From: Moniliella sp. 'wahieum'
Lineage: Eukaryota
Direction of reading: 5' to 3'
Length of the DNA stretch: 64,000 nucleotides
Assembly: GCA_003971905.1 (NCBI GenBank)
Contig: RSEE01000011.1
Span: forward strand, 372,001-436,000
The position numbers and the translations under genes were made by a program. Numbering within the stretch: the stretch's first letter is position 1; each line of letters starts with the position of its first letter. Below, piece after piece: positions 13,455 to 25,766 of the stretch. The notes under the pieces were generated by a model. That model was given only the letters and a program-made list of their open reading frames with translations, was not told where the DNA came from and did not search any database.

Positions 13455-16400
13455 ATGGCCGCCGCAGCGTATGCGCAGGCGCTGTACGAGCGCACCGGCG
13501 GCTGTCCCTCTGGCACCCCCGCAAGCTCCGCCTGGCCGACGTGGCGGTCGAGCGCGACGGCCGTCTCTATGTCCTCTTCAACGCCGCCGACGGCCCCCCG
13601 CCACTCCCATCGCCTCCTGCCTCGTCTGTGCCGTCGTCCTCATCGTCTTCGCTTGCCCCGCCACCTTCCCGGCCCTCGCTGCCCCTGCCCTCCTCGCCCT
13701 CGCCGCCCCGTCCCGCTTCGCCCGCTGAGCCTGCCTCGCCCACGCCCCATCCCCATCCACATCCACATCCACAGCCACATGCCCATGCCCAGTCCCACCC
13801 CCATTCACCACCCCCGCCAGCCCCTCTCGCCTCCGCCCCGCGATGTCATCACCTCCACCCTCGCCCTCGACGGCCCCCGCTGCTCCTCCTCTGCCGCCTG
13901 GGTCCGTGCCGAGCCCGGAACGCCTTCCCGCCTCGCCTTTTCTCTGGGCCCTGACCCCGGCGCTGTGCTGGTTGCACGCAACCTGTTGTCCAGCATGCCG
14001 CCCTCAGCCAGGAGACCGCACGCGCCTACTTGGCCGCCCATCGCTCCTGGATCTTCACCACGTTTGCCGCCTCGTGCGCGTTGGAGCCCCACGAACCCCT
14101 CGTCCTCCTCACTTCTGTTCAGCTCACATCCGACTGGGCTCTGGCCGTACATGCTGGAAGCGAGCGGGCTAGTGATGTTTCTTTCTACGTCCCTGCCCAC
14201 CTCTACCCAGAAGAGCACGGGTTTGTGGGGATATTGGGGGCACGCTAGCCCTAGCACCTCCCTCCAATATGGGCCCTACCGTGGCCTGACACCAGTGGTC
14301 TTTTACCCCCACCTCCGCTCCTAACCCCCACCTGGAGTGGACCCGACGGTAGGAGCCCAGAGGTCTCGTAGAGCCCGCCAACAGCCTTCTTTCTCTTGGT
14401 CCAGACCCCTAGCTTGCTTCTTCGTCCTTGCCCTCTGCACGGTCCGACACTCTCAAGCATCGGTCCCCTACTGCGCCCCGCATGCATATCCTCCGCCGCC
14501 CGACACCGTCAGCTCGTCAGGCCTGCCTCGCGAACCAGTGCCCCCGCAGAAAGATCGGGTGGCGGCACCACAACAGACCTCCAAGACCCTCTCTACTCCG
14601 TTCCACAGGGCCCGGCTCACTTCGTCGCATCCCCCCTCCCCTCCATCTTGTACCACGAAATGAGCCGCCCTTGATCTCTGGGACCGATGCCAATGTGGAT
14701 GTACAGGACTCCCTCTTGCATGGCTGGCATGGCATGCAGGATGTGGTGCAGCAGGGTAAGCAAGGTACGTTTCTCTTTTCTCTTCCTTCCCCCCTTTTCC
14801 CCTCCTAGTAGACAAACTAACTTTCCGCTTGCTGATCCATCACCGAGCAGGTATCGTTCCGGACCAATGCATCGTTTTCCAGCCGAGTCGATCCATTTCA
14901 ATCGATTTGGCACCCAGCCACGCCCACACGCCCGCAGGGGACCCAAGCAAAAGACGAAAATAAAGACGAACAACAAGCGAAGGTGGTCCCAGCGGTAAAA
15001 AGTCCCAACAGTGCTCCGGTTACCGTGCCGCGGTTTGTTCCAGCCTGGGGGGTCCCCTGGCCAGGCAGTGGGGAATCCTTCCTTGCGCAGGGGACGACTC
15101 ACCTCTTTCAGGCTGGGACAAGCTCGGAACCTAAGAGGTCTTCCCCCCCGACCTGGAACCGATGAAGATCAGTATCGTGCGACCCTCTGCTTGTCCTTCA
15201 TTCCATCCTGCGCTGGAATGCCCCGGCGCAGGCCGAATTTACCTCTGCATCTGACCAACTGGCATTGGAGCTATTGCGTCTCGGTTCCCTCTCCAAGGAG
15301 GAGGATCACTTGGGTACGAGGACCCACGGCTTTTATTTTCCCAACAGCAGCGTACCTGGTCTTCATCCACTGTCTTTGGTTCCATCCTCTTTACTGCTCA
15401 CTCTTTGGAATCTCCCACAGCATCCACGTCGCCCCAACAGGGGTTATCGGTCCGAAGGACTAGTACGGCCCTCACAGGCGGAGGGGTGGAAGATCCAGGC
15501 TCCCCATCTTTGGTGGATACCAATACGCTTGCCTATCGTCGTGGACGGCTGCGGCGACTTGGTTGGAGGTGGAAGTGGGAAAGAATGGTCTGGTGTGGGG
15601 CAAGCTTCGACCGTTCCACGTTCCCCGAAGGGCATTTTCTATGGGACGGACGAATCGGCCTGGCCGATTTTGTTCCCTTCATGACCCGACGACTGGGACG
15701 AGTCACCGCACGTCGCGTGCCTCCCTGGTCAGCCGGAAGGCTTGGGCCTCCATTTGGACTCGGACACTCTGGATAGTTATTCCACCCCAACGATTACCAC
15801 TCCCAGTACACCCAGCTTCCCTTACCTTCTTCCGCCCCACTTGCGACCAGGAAATGACCGCACTCGTTCCGCGCCCGTCGAACAGTCTGTTCACCGACCC
15901 GTGTCCATCCGCGCCTCCACCTGGGGATCTCCACAACGAAGCCCGGCCTTGCCCGAAGAAGACTACGGCCCGACAACGCGGTCTAGGCTTGCTTCTCTCT
16001 CGCTGGTCAAGGAGGGTGAGGTGGTAGGCTCACTGGAGGATCCTTGGGCGCCCGCCGAACCTAGTCCGACCACTTCCCTCCTTGGGTTCCGCATCGTCAG
16101 CTTACCATCCGCTGCGGCGTCAATCGGCCATGGTATACCGCTTGGACACGGTCCAAGTGGATTGGGCACTGCGGCGAGACTCGTTTTCGTCTCATCCCAT
16201 ACGCATACGCATACGCATGCGCATCCCCGGCGCCGCCTTCCCTAGAACCCACAATCGACCGCTCGTACTTTCCCCCGGGCTATGCACCCACCGCCACCGC
16301 CACCAGCACCAACATCAACATCAACCCCCCACCCTCCCCATCTCACCGTATGCACCTTCACTTTCACCTTACTACCCTCCTCACTCGGCACCCAGCCGTA

Positions 16401-17125
16401 CCGTTCTACGCTGCGGTACGAACCTCGCACACCTACCGCCCTGCCTCCCCGTGGGCCGCGCGAGTCGACTTCCCACCTCGCCTCGGGCTTGGGGGCTACT
16501 TCCTAGTAGATCCCTTGGCCGCGCCTACCGCGACCGCAACTTCGAACTCGACTTCGAACCCGAACCCTACGTCGAACCCTACGTCGAACCCTCCTTCGAC
16601 TTCTGCTTCGAGCGCCGCGGCATCACTAGCTCTCCAAGTACGATGCTCAACCCAGGAGCTTCTTCATCGTCCTGCCGTGGGGCTTGGGTGCTCATGCGCA
16701 TGCGCCTGCTCATGCCCATTCTCATGCGCTTGCTCGTGCTCATGTTCATGTACCTTCCTCTGGCGGGCGGTGGAGCTCAAGTTCCATTCCGGTTGCCGCT
16801 TTGCTCGCTACTACAACAACCTCCTCCCCCTTTCCTCCCCCCACGCACCAACGTGACCTGCTCCCCCCGCCTCCTGCCCATCCGCAGCCGCACCCTCATC
16901 CTCAGCCTCATCCTCACCGCAGCCGCAGGCCTACCCGTACCCGTACCCGCATACCGACGCACCTGCCTACCTGCCCCCCGGGCCGCGGTTCGACCCGCGC
17001 CGACCGCCCGCACCGCCCTGCACACGTCCTGTTGTGCCTGCACCGGAACATGCCCTGACCTTGGTCGACACTTCACGATCCGTCCATCTCTTCTCTCTTC
17101 CCGTACGCGCGGCTGGCGACGGTAG
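13455..17125 (+). CDS. large hypothetical protein with N-terminal basidiomycete G.PLW.P/LFN family domain (candidate gasdermin-like fold), frameshifted
   Basis: Reconstructed across frames: MAAAAYAQALYERTGGCPLWHPRKLRLADVAVERDGRLYVLFNA ... GAVLV ... AYLAAHRSWIFTTF ... LVLLTSVQLTSDWALAV ... WGYW..LQYGP. Intron ~14756-14850, further protein-like sequence to ~15.8 kb, then low-complexity tail. The end point, and whether this is one gene or two, is uncertain. Confidence 0.55.
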
Positions 17126-17377
17126 TCTCGGGGGGTCCTCCGATTCCAGCCCCGGCACCTTTCGCCCACTTACTCCCCGCATGCTTACCCCAGCCCGCCC
17201 CCCGTGCGGGTAGATCCCCAGATCCCCCCCTGTGCTGTGCCCTGATGTGCTCTGTTCTCGCCCCCATTTTTCATTTTTTTGCTTGTGTTTTGGTCGTTGT
17301 GATTTGTGCTGTGTGCTGTGTGTGTGTGTGGTTTCGGTTCCCCCATCGCATCGGGATTCGTCAGTACCTTTATATAT

Positions 17378-17690
17378 CCCCCCCTCCTCTCTCTCTCGGA
17401 TCTCTCTCTCTCTCCTCTCTCTCTTGCTCTTGCTCTCTGCTCTCGCGCGCCCACTCTCCTCTCTCTTGCACCTTCCCCCCCCCCACACCCCCCTGTTCTC
17501 CTCTCTCGCTCTCCCTCTCTCGCTCTCCCTCTCTTCGCAACTTCCCCCCCCCCCCCCCCCTCCGTTCTCTCCCCGCGACACCTAGTTCCTTCCATCCTCG
17601 ATTACTCGATTACTTCCGATTACTCGATTACTTCCCTCTTCCCTCTTCCCTCTTCCCTCCTCCCCGTACCCCCTCCCTACCTCTCTCGTT
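17378..17690 (+). repeat. CT-rich low-complexity tract / microsatellites downstream of a TATA-like element
   Basis: TTTATATAT at ~17368-17377 followed by (CT)n runs, poly-C at 17543-17560 and a duplicated CGATTACTCGATTACTTC unit near 17600-17635. Confidence 0.8.
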
Positions 17691-19973
17691 TGGCTCGCTG
17701 CTGTGATCAGCGCTCAGCTCAGCCTCAGCGCTCAGAATGATGCACGATGCACGATGCACGATGCACAATGGATGGCGGTGATTGCAATCGATGTGTGCTC
17801 GCGCTATGGTAGTGCGTACTGCGTCCGCTCCACTTGGTACCCGGTAATAATAACCAGGCTGTAGATCTGTGGGATACTCGATACGCCCGGTCGATACGGA
17901 TGTGGTCCATGGAGCATCGAATCCCATACAGGCACACGGTGAACATCCCATTCAATATTCACTTGTTGTTCCGTCGAGAACGGGCTGGAGCATGTAGCAG
18001 GCCAGAGTGCGTTGTGGTGGATGCCAGCCATGCCTTAGCTCAATGGTAAAGAGGCTCAGCAGTACAGTGCAACAAAAAAGGTACCGAAATTAAACACGTC
18101 GTCCGACAGATCACACGCATCACATACATCACATACTGTCACATGTCACATGTCAGAAGTGGTCGTAGACCGGTGATTGGTGACCGGTGAGCCGGTGAGG
18201 CCGAGCCGACCCCTCCCCCAGCGCCACAGTGCAGCAACGCGGGGGAGGTGCCAGGAAGGAGGCCAGGGTGCGCCAGGGTGCACTTCGATTATAGTAGGTC
18301 TTAGGTCTTAGAGCTTAGATTTTAGCGCTTTTAATTTTAGCACTTAGTACTTATAGCACTTACAACGTAGAGCTTAGAACTTAGAACTTAGAGCTTAGAG
18401 CTTAGACGCTAGCCAGTCTGCCGGATGCAACATGCCAGAAGCCAGATGGCCCGTGGTCCATGGCAGAACGACAAAAAGTCGGCCTTCGATTCTCTAGCCT
18501 ATAGTAGCGTGCCTGGCTTCGCTACAGGGTCTCCCCCGTTCTCCCCTCGGCTCCAGGTTGTCCCCTCTGCGATCGGCGTTCGCACAGACGTTCGATCACC
18601 GTGAACGAGGTGAGCGGGGGTCGTCGCTGAGCACGATTCTAAGCTTGGCGCTGGAAGCTTGAAGCTAGCTTGAAGCTTGACTGGCCAATTGTGGCCGAAA
18701 GCCGAGGCCTCGACAGGGTCGAAAGTCGAACGCTTTACCCGGGTTACGCGCGTAACGCGTAACGCGTAGGCTCGCATTGCGCTCATCGGTCATTGATCAT
18801 CTCGCGCTGAGGCTCTTCAAGCTTCAGAGCTAGCTTCAGCGCTTCCGCGTCAGCGCGTCAGCACTCATCGACACCAATCCTCTCACAGATGCCGCCCCAT
18901 CTGCATCAATCTTACATCGTTTAAAGATCTCAGATCGTTCCTTCTCCGATCTTCTATCTTTTCTGTCCGCCTACGGCGTTAGGGCGTAGGCAGACGTAGG
19001 CGCGCAAACCTGCGTAGTATAGGCACCAAACCCTAAGTAAAACAGGCTACATATAGGTATTGACACGATATTGACATTTGACCCTGTCGTCGCTGGCAGC
19101 GTAATGCCAGGGTCCTCGACGCCACGCCGTCTTTTTCATCCAACCGCAGCGTATCATCGATCCTCGTACAATCATTAATCATTAATCATTAATCAACGTA
19201 CGCAACGGTGCAAGCTTGGACGGTGATCGACGCTTGATCAATAGATGGGCACTGGGCAATGTTCCAGCATGGGATCGATGATCGATGGTTAGCCGGTCAG
19301 GTTCAGGCCGGTCAATATCGATGATCGCAAGGTGGCAATGCGTTGATGCATATCGGTGGTGGTAATGCATAATGGAGTTTTGCTAGTTGGGCCCGTGTTG
19401 GACCCTGTTGGGCCCCCAGGGTGCATGCTGGGTACGGGTTCCGGGTGTCCGCATGACTGGCACCAGCATCGGTGCCGGATGCAGTCCACGTGCCGCGGAA
19501 GACTGGGATGCTCGATGCTGGGGCTTGGGCACCCCCCCTCCTGCTCCATTTCTGTGATCGTGTGAACGTGAGAACGTTCAATTGATCCGAGAAAACAAAG
19601 AGGAAATCAGATATACAAGGCGACAGGGTTTAACGTTTACATGTTTACAGGTCTCTTGCGCTTATATTTAACCTGAGGCCTGAGGCCTGAAGTCCGTCTT
19701 GAGGCCCTCTGTGCTTTTGTTCACCACATGCACCATTCATGTTTCTTCCCGCCGAGAAATAATTAAGCGATCGTATCCTTCAATTGTCATGACAGCCACC
19801 TACTTTCCCCATTCACATCTGCAAAATGGATGTTGATACCACGAGATAGCGGTGGAGCCATAGGGTGACTCTTCTTCCGTGGTCAAATGGCCCGGGGAAC
19901 GTTGACTCATTCTAAGTTTATGGTGCACTATATTTTGGCAAAGGGTTGGCCTTCCTCCAGCAACCGGAGAACA

Positions 19974-20192
19974 TCGCTCGGATGTCAACCACGTTCAACG
20001 TTCATCCGTGTCCACACGCGCTTCCTAGGGTACGGGACCGGATGGCGACCACCGGAGGGTCCTGATATCCTGGCGATCCCCCTGGTTCCTTAACCTTTTG
20101 CTGCTTCCAAGTAACCCCCGCAAGATGAACGGTTCGGTTTAGACGTAGCATTTCCCCTGTCCTAGCCTTAAGCTCTGTCAATGAAATGGACG
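19974..20192 (+). mobile_element. short 3' fragment of an RLE-type non-LTR retrotransposon (second copy of 30644-30856)
   Basis: Colinear, high identity to 30644-30856 (TCGCTCGGATGTCAACC...GTCAATGAAATGGACG); both encode TFIRVHTRFLGYGTGWR.PEGPDILAIPLVP*. Confidence 0.85.
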
Positions 20193-20347
20193 CACAAAGA
20201 GGGTGCGTTTAACGCTATCTTTACTGGTTCCTCCCACCATGGGCAGGGCCCAATGCTGTATGACGAGCTCTACTTTCAATTGATCAAGGAGGCCCTCAAC
20301 AAGCCTAGAGTAAACATGTCTCGACCCCGGAGGACGAATCGCTCTGA

Positions 20348-21092
20348 TTACTCCTCCGTCTCTTCTTTTTCGCCAGCTGAAGCGGTTAGTAGAGCGCCAT
20401 TGAGTTTTTCTGCGTCGCTGGTGATGTCTTTACCATCATTCCCCTTTACCCTTCTGAAAGGATCGGCTTTGTGGTCTGCCCAGTCTGCGACCGCTTGACC
20501 CTCTTCAGCTCGCAGTGTTGCTGCCAACCATTTGTGCCAATCCGTGGCTCGTTCGAGCAGGATACGGAATATCAGGGATACGGAACATATGCAGGGCAAC
20601 CTGCTCGATCCACACTGTGCTATATACGAGGTTAAGTGTGCTATTCAGTCCTGATGAGCGGGACATGATCATGCTCCAATAGCATAAGTTTGTCGCCAAA
20701 GATAAGGGGAGACCATTGATGCAACTCTCACCTCTACCCTTCTCCTCGCTTCTTGGCATTCAAAAAATGGGTGATCTTGTTCTAGTCAAGGCTAAGGGTG
20801 TGTGCCATGTGAGATTCTCTAGCAGGCATGTGATGGAGGGCAACCACAGTAAGCCCTCATCTCCGAAAGCCTGGGGATATTGATTCGCCCTGCTCCCAGG
20901 ACATCAATGAGCCAATCCGCACCGAGATGGAGACCGAGGATGGTTCTCAAGGAGCGTTTGTTTCGAAATGCTTCCACAATTTCCGTTGTTCAGCCTGGTG
21001 TTGGCACAGGGCACCCGTTCGGAATGAATGGTTTTAGCCTTTTCTTCAGCCAAGCCAGGCAAACATCGCAATAGCACCGTAGTAATCTCCAT
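20348..21092 (-). other. possible degraded or frameshifted coding remnant, unknown product
   Basis: Overlapping minus-strand ORFs with protein-like composition ending FRILLERATDWHKWLAATLRAEEG...EKEETEE*; no recognised motif. Confidence 0.2.
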
Positions 21093-21364
21093 GTAAATGA
21101 AACTCAGCGGAAGTATCAGTCACTAACCCACTACATCAACATACTCGACGCCGATTTTACCTGAACCTCTATAACTAACTTCTCCCGCCTTTTGCGGCCA
21201 CACCCTAGCGTGGGCTGCCGTGCAAAAACAAATATCAGTAAAGCATGCCTTGTTTTATTCCCATAAATCAGTTCAACACATGTACAGAGATCGGTGGAGG
21301 TCATGAAAGGATGGATGCATAAGGTCCCACAGAAAAGCCGTGCATACGGTCTGCCCAGCTTTGC

Positions 21365-22154
21365 TTATGCCGGCAAGGCTTGACGGACCGGAACAGGTGC
21401 CGATGGGACCTCCGCCTCGGTCTCGGTCGGAGCAGAATCCGAAATCGGACTGGGTGCCACTGGCTCTGATGTTGGTGGAGTAGGCAGCATGGTGATCGGG
21501 ACCGCATCTTCTTCGCCTTCGTTCTCCATGACAAACTCTTGTTGCTCCCGTTCGATCTCCTCGAGCTCGTGAAGAACCGCGTCTTCCTCTTCAGCCGTCA
21601 TATGAGAGGAAAGAAGTTGGTCGATTTCCCTTTGGGCGGCTTGGGCTTCAGCGGTGTCCTCCATGAGCTTCTCGACGCTCTCAGCATTCATCACCCTGTG
21701 GATATCCTTGAGTACTTCATTCCCCTGTTTGAGACCATAGGCCACGGCTTCTTGGATTTGGGCAAATTCAACTGTGGAAACCTGGGGAGAAGTGTCACGA
21801 TAAGCATCGTCTCATTTAGGAGAAATAATAGCACACATACTAGTTGCTCCAGCGCTTCAAGTTGTCCATCCGTCTTGGCCAAAAGCGAGTCATGATACTT
21901 TCTCCTGCGAAGTGCTGTTCGGGCCTTTTCTCTCTCCCCTCGCCCCAGCGCGATTTTGGCCACTTCTTGTTCGCGGGCTGAGATAACGGCGAGCTGGACA
22001 AAAGACAGAGGCTGTCAGCACGCACAAATGGGTGGTACAAGAGTTAACCCACCTTGCGCTGGTATTGCTGAATGCGGTCGCGCTGCAACTTGAGTTCCAG
22101 AATGGCACGGTCTTGAGAAGTGATCTTGGGCCCCTTGGATCCGGACTGGCCCAT
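21365..22154 (-). CDS. VPS20: ESCRT-III subunit Vps20/CHMP6 (Snf7 family)
   Basis: MGQSGSKGPKITSQDRAILELKLQRDRIQQYQRK (myristoylation-type N-terminus), SLLAKTDGQLEALEQL, GLKQGNEVLK, VEKLMEDTAEA; introns 21994-22052 and ~21782-21840. Confidence 0.95.
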
Positions 22155-22435
22155 GGTTGGTGGTTGACGTTGACTCCGCTCTGAGCCGATAGAGTGGTGC
22201 GGCCTATCTCCCAGCTAGGGCGGAAATGTGGTTCTGAAGAGCCGAATTCCGCCGTATGACTCCGCTTATTTAGGAAAAGGTGGGCGCGAGAAAAATTATG
22301 TGCGTTGGACGTGTCCACCATCATCACTAGCATCACTAGCCACTCCTGCCCGATGCCGCTGCCGGACGAGCTTCCGCCCGAGAGCGATATCGCTGCCGCT
22401 GCCTCCTGGATCTCCGAGGGACAATTTCCAGCGCG

Positions 22436-24871
22436 CATGCAACGCTCCACGCTTCTTCCCAGCCTTGGAGAACTAGTCGAAACGCTCCCATCCCCATGTC
22501 CGCAGCGGCATCCGCCGTGAGCTGTCCTCCCCATCCACCCTCCTTCTCTCATCGTCGGCGCAGCGCGCTTCTCCTTCCGGCTATGCTACGTCCCCACACC
22601 GGCCTCCATCATTTGCCGAGAGTCAGTTCGCCACTATCGTACGGAAACAGCGCAAGCGCCGTCTCTTCAGCCCCGTCGACACCGCCCCACCGGGGAGTTG
22701 GGTGATGTGGCCCTACCGCCAACCCCCTCACCTCCCCAGCTTCCTCAATGTGAAACGACGGATTCCACCACCTTTGGAGCATCTTCTAAGCCCCCAGCAG
22801 CCCACCGTGACTCAGATTCTGATCCAGAGGCATTGGCCGAACCCGACCCTGTCGTAGAACTCAAGATTGGACGATCTACCGCAGCCGCATCGGGGCGAGA
22901 CGGATGGCCCTTTGCCGGATGGGGAAGTATGAGTCTTCTCGAGCTTCTGCTTCTGCATGGGAGGGAGCAGATCGACTGTTATCCGCGCGCCCGGAGCGCG
23001 TCCTCGGTGCGTTCCGTGCCCGCCGTTGCGGGAAACGCAGTGACGGGCAGTATTTTCTACACACTTCCTGCAGTCATTGGTGCCGCGGGCATCTGGTCAC
23101 CAATATCGATCTTGGTCGCTTGCCTGTTAATCGCGCCTTTCCGCTGGGTCATGGTGGAGTTATGTGAGGCATTTGGTGCTTCTGATAGCGCCAACTATGC
23201 ATTCTTCACCCATACTGCTTCCATGGCCATTGCTGCCGTGGCAGCAGCTGCCACAGCACTGGACGCTTTGGCTACCGGTGCTGTTAGCGCATCGACTGCC
23301 GCCACCTATATCGCTCCTTTGACACCGGGAATGGACCAAATCCTTTGGGCGGTTGTGTTGCTCATCGCTCTCGCTGCAGTCTGCTGCTTAGGGTTGGGGG
23401 ACAGCTCGCGCGTCGCATTGGGCATGCTCACACTCCATATGGTCACCATGGTCATCCTCATGATCAGCGCTGCTGTGGGTGGGGCCACCACGGATCCGAT
23501 GTTCTCCGTTCCAACTGGGCAGCCCGTGCCTCCCTCCTGACGTCCAACAAGTCTATCCCTCGGGCCCTGTTTGATGGCGTGTGTGCTGCCTTTGTTGGCT
23601 TGACAGGATTCGAGTGTGCCCCATCCTATGCCGGGCATGTCAAGCGCGGTGCATTCTCGACAGCCCTTTGGTGGCTACAAGCAGCTGTTTTGCTAGTCGA
23701 GCCAGGACTGATGCTCTTTTGCTTGGCAGCCTTATCAACCACCAATTGGCCGACGCAGCTCACGGAGGCTCCGCCAACGTCCTTGCCCTTCTAGGTCAAC
23801 GAGTGGTTGGGGGTAGCTGGCTACGCCTCTTGGTCACGGTCGATGCGGCCCTTGTCCTGTGCGGCGGGATCATTACGGGTGTCATCTCATTTTGTGGCTT
23901 GTTGACGGCACTGGGATCCGATCGCATCGTTCCTTCGGCCGTCTTAAAATTGCTTCCCCTTACCAAGTCTCCTATTGTAGGAATCGGAGCATTCTTGGCC
24001 ATTGCTTTGATCATGGAAGCGACAACCAACTTTTCCCTTTCCTCACTCTCTCAAGTCTTTTCTCTTTCCTTTCTCGTTGTCCTCGCCCTCTTTTGTCTTG
24101 TTCTTTTTCTTGGGCCGGTTGCGTCGGCCTGCCTTGTTCCAACACTCGAGCAAGGTTGCCCTACCCACCATTCAGATTGCCTTTGGCATAGCGGCCACCG
24201 CCATTGGCGGCAACATTGCGCTCAACCCTCATTCCCTCTTACTTTATGCGCTTTACGCTTTCGTGCTCTGGTTGGTGATTGACCTGGCTCGGACTCGCGT
24301 CGTGGTCGTCCGTCTGATCCTTTGGACTGTGCGAGAGTCGCAACTGGACTTGACCCGATGGGTCCCACCTCGTTGGCGCCAACCCGAACGGGATGGAGGC
24401 AACGATGGCGACAGCGATCCGACACCTGTGCTCGTGCCTGGGCATGTTGCATTCCTGGGCCAGGGTCGCAGCCTGGGGCGGAGGGTTGGGGCTTGGATTC
24501 AGCGTGAACGGCAGTACCCTGTTATCTATTTTGCCAAAGACGATGAGTTGAGCCAGCTGATGGCTGTGTTGGCCTATGTGGCGGGCAACGAACCAGTGGC
24601 GCATGTGTATGTGGTCCACTGCTTTCGAACGGTGGACCAAGTTCCCTCGGAACTCGAGGCCAACTACCAACTGGTGGACGAATCGTTCCCTACCATCACG
24701 GTTGACTTGGTCTTTGTTGAAACACCTTTCTCCCCTCGCGCCGCACTGGCCATCGCCAGTCATCTCAAGGTCCCACCCTCCCGATGCTTGATTGGCTGCC
24801 CACATGCAGGGCAGACCGAGGGCGCGGGCACCATGTCCGACTTGGCACCTCTGCGCATCATTCATGCGTAA
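22436..24871 (+). CDS. APC-superfamily (amino acid permease-type) transporter with C-terminal cytosolic domain, frameshifted
   Basis: AVAGNAVTGSIFYTLPAV, many hydrophobic helices, GLTGFECAPSY, VDAALVLCGGIITG, C-terminal ELEANYQLVDESFPTITVDLVFV. Start codon tentative. Confidence 0.85.
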
Positions 24872-25766
24872 GAGAAGGTTGTGGCCTTCTTTTATACCCT
24901 CATTCACATTCCCACTTATTTAGTGTCTCCTATTTATTCTTCCCCACAACCTCCCATCAGCTACATTTGACGGGTGGGACTCTCAATGCAATCCCACAGT
25001 CATTATATTCGAACTGGATAGAGATGAGCGCATTTCGTTCGATGCTTGTACGTATACGTGGAAGGTGGGGAAAGAAGGTCGATTGCAAAGTAGCTGCCAA
25101 AGTGGACTGTTCGCCAAAAGGAATGGGAAAGGGGCGGAAGGGAGAAGGGGAGGAAGGGGACACAATACTATATCAGGACAAAAAAGCTGAGATTGTTTGT
25201 GGCATAATGGAGACTATAACCTCTTTCCTAGGCAGACACCCAGTGGGATAATGTTGGCACAAATCCACTGCCTTGTCCGTACGCTTGCGCCTTCTTTCGC
25301 AGTGTTCTCCGCGTTTGCCTCCCCCTCCCGGCTTATACAACCATACTGTCCCCACAGTTCGCGCGTTTCGTCCATATTTCTGTGCACTACGTGATCAACT
25401 CTTCCTGCATTCTTTCAGTAGCCAGTCAGAGCCCTCGGGTTGCGGTCAAGTTGCTATACGACAACAGAAATGTGGCGAGAAGAATAACATATGATTGCCG
25501 GAGGTGTTCACACTGAGGGGTGGAGAGGGTCACAATAAACAGTAGATGGAGACAGCCAAAACAGTAAAAGTGCACACCATAGACAAACAAGGAATGTTGA
25601 AAGAGAAAAACAAGTATACCCGCCGTTTAACAGCCTCAGAGGCGGTGGAAATCTGGTAGATCGAGGGTCCATATACATATGGGTGCGTGGGCTGGGTTCA
25701 CATGACAACGGGGAGAGGAAAGGTTAGGGCCGACCGTATCGGAGCCACGAGCATTGACCCATTCGA

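Noticed and set aside
18965..19040. Hairpin GTCCGCCTACG/CGTAGGCAGAC and isolated TTAGGG/CCCTAA hexamers
   Set aside because: Single telomere-like hexamers and one short stem are expected by chance; there is no array.
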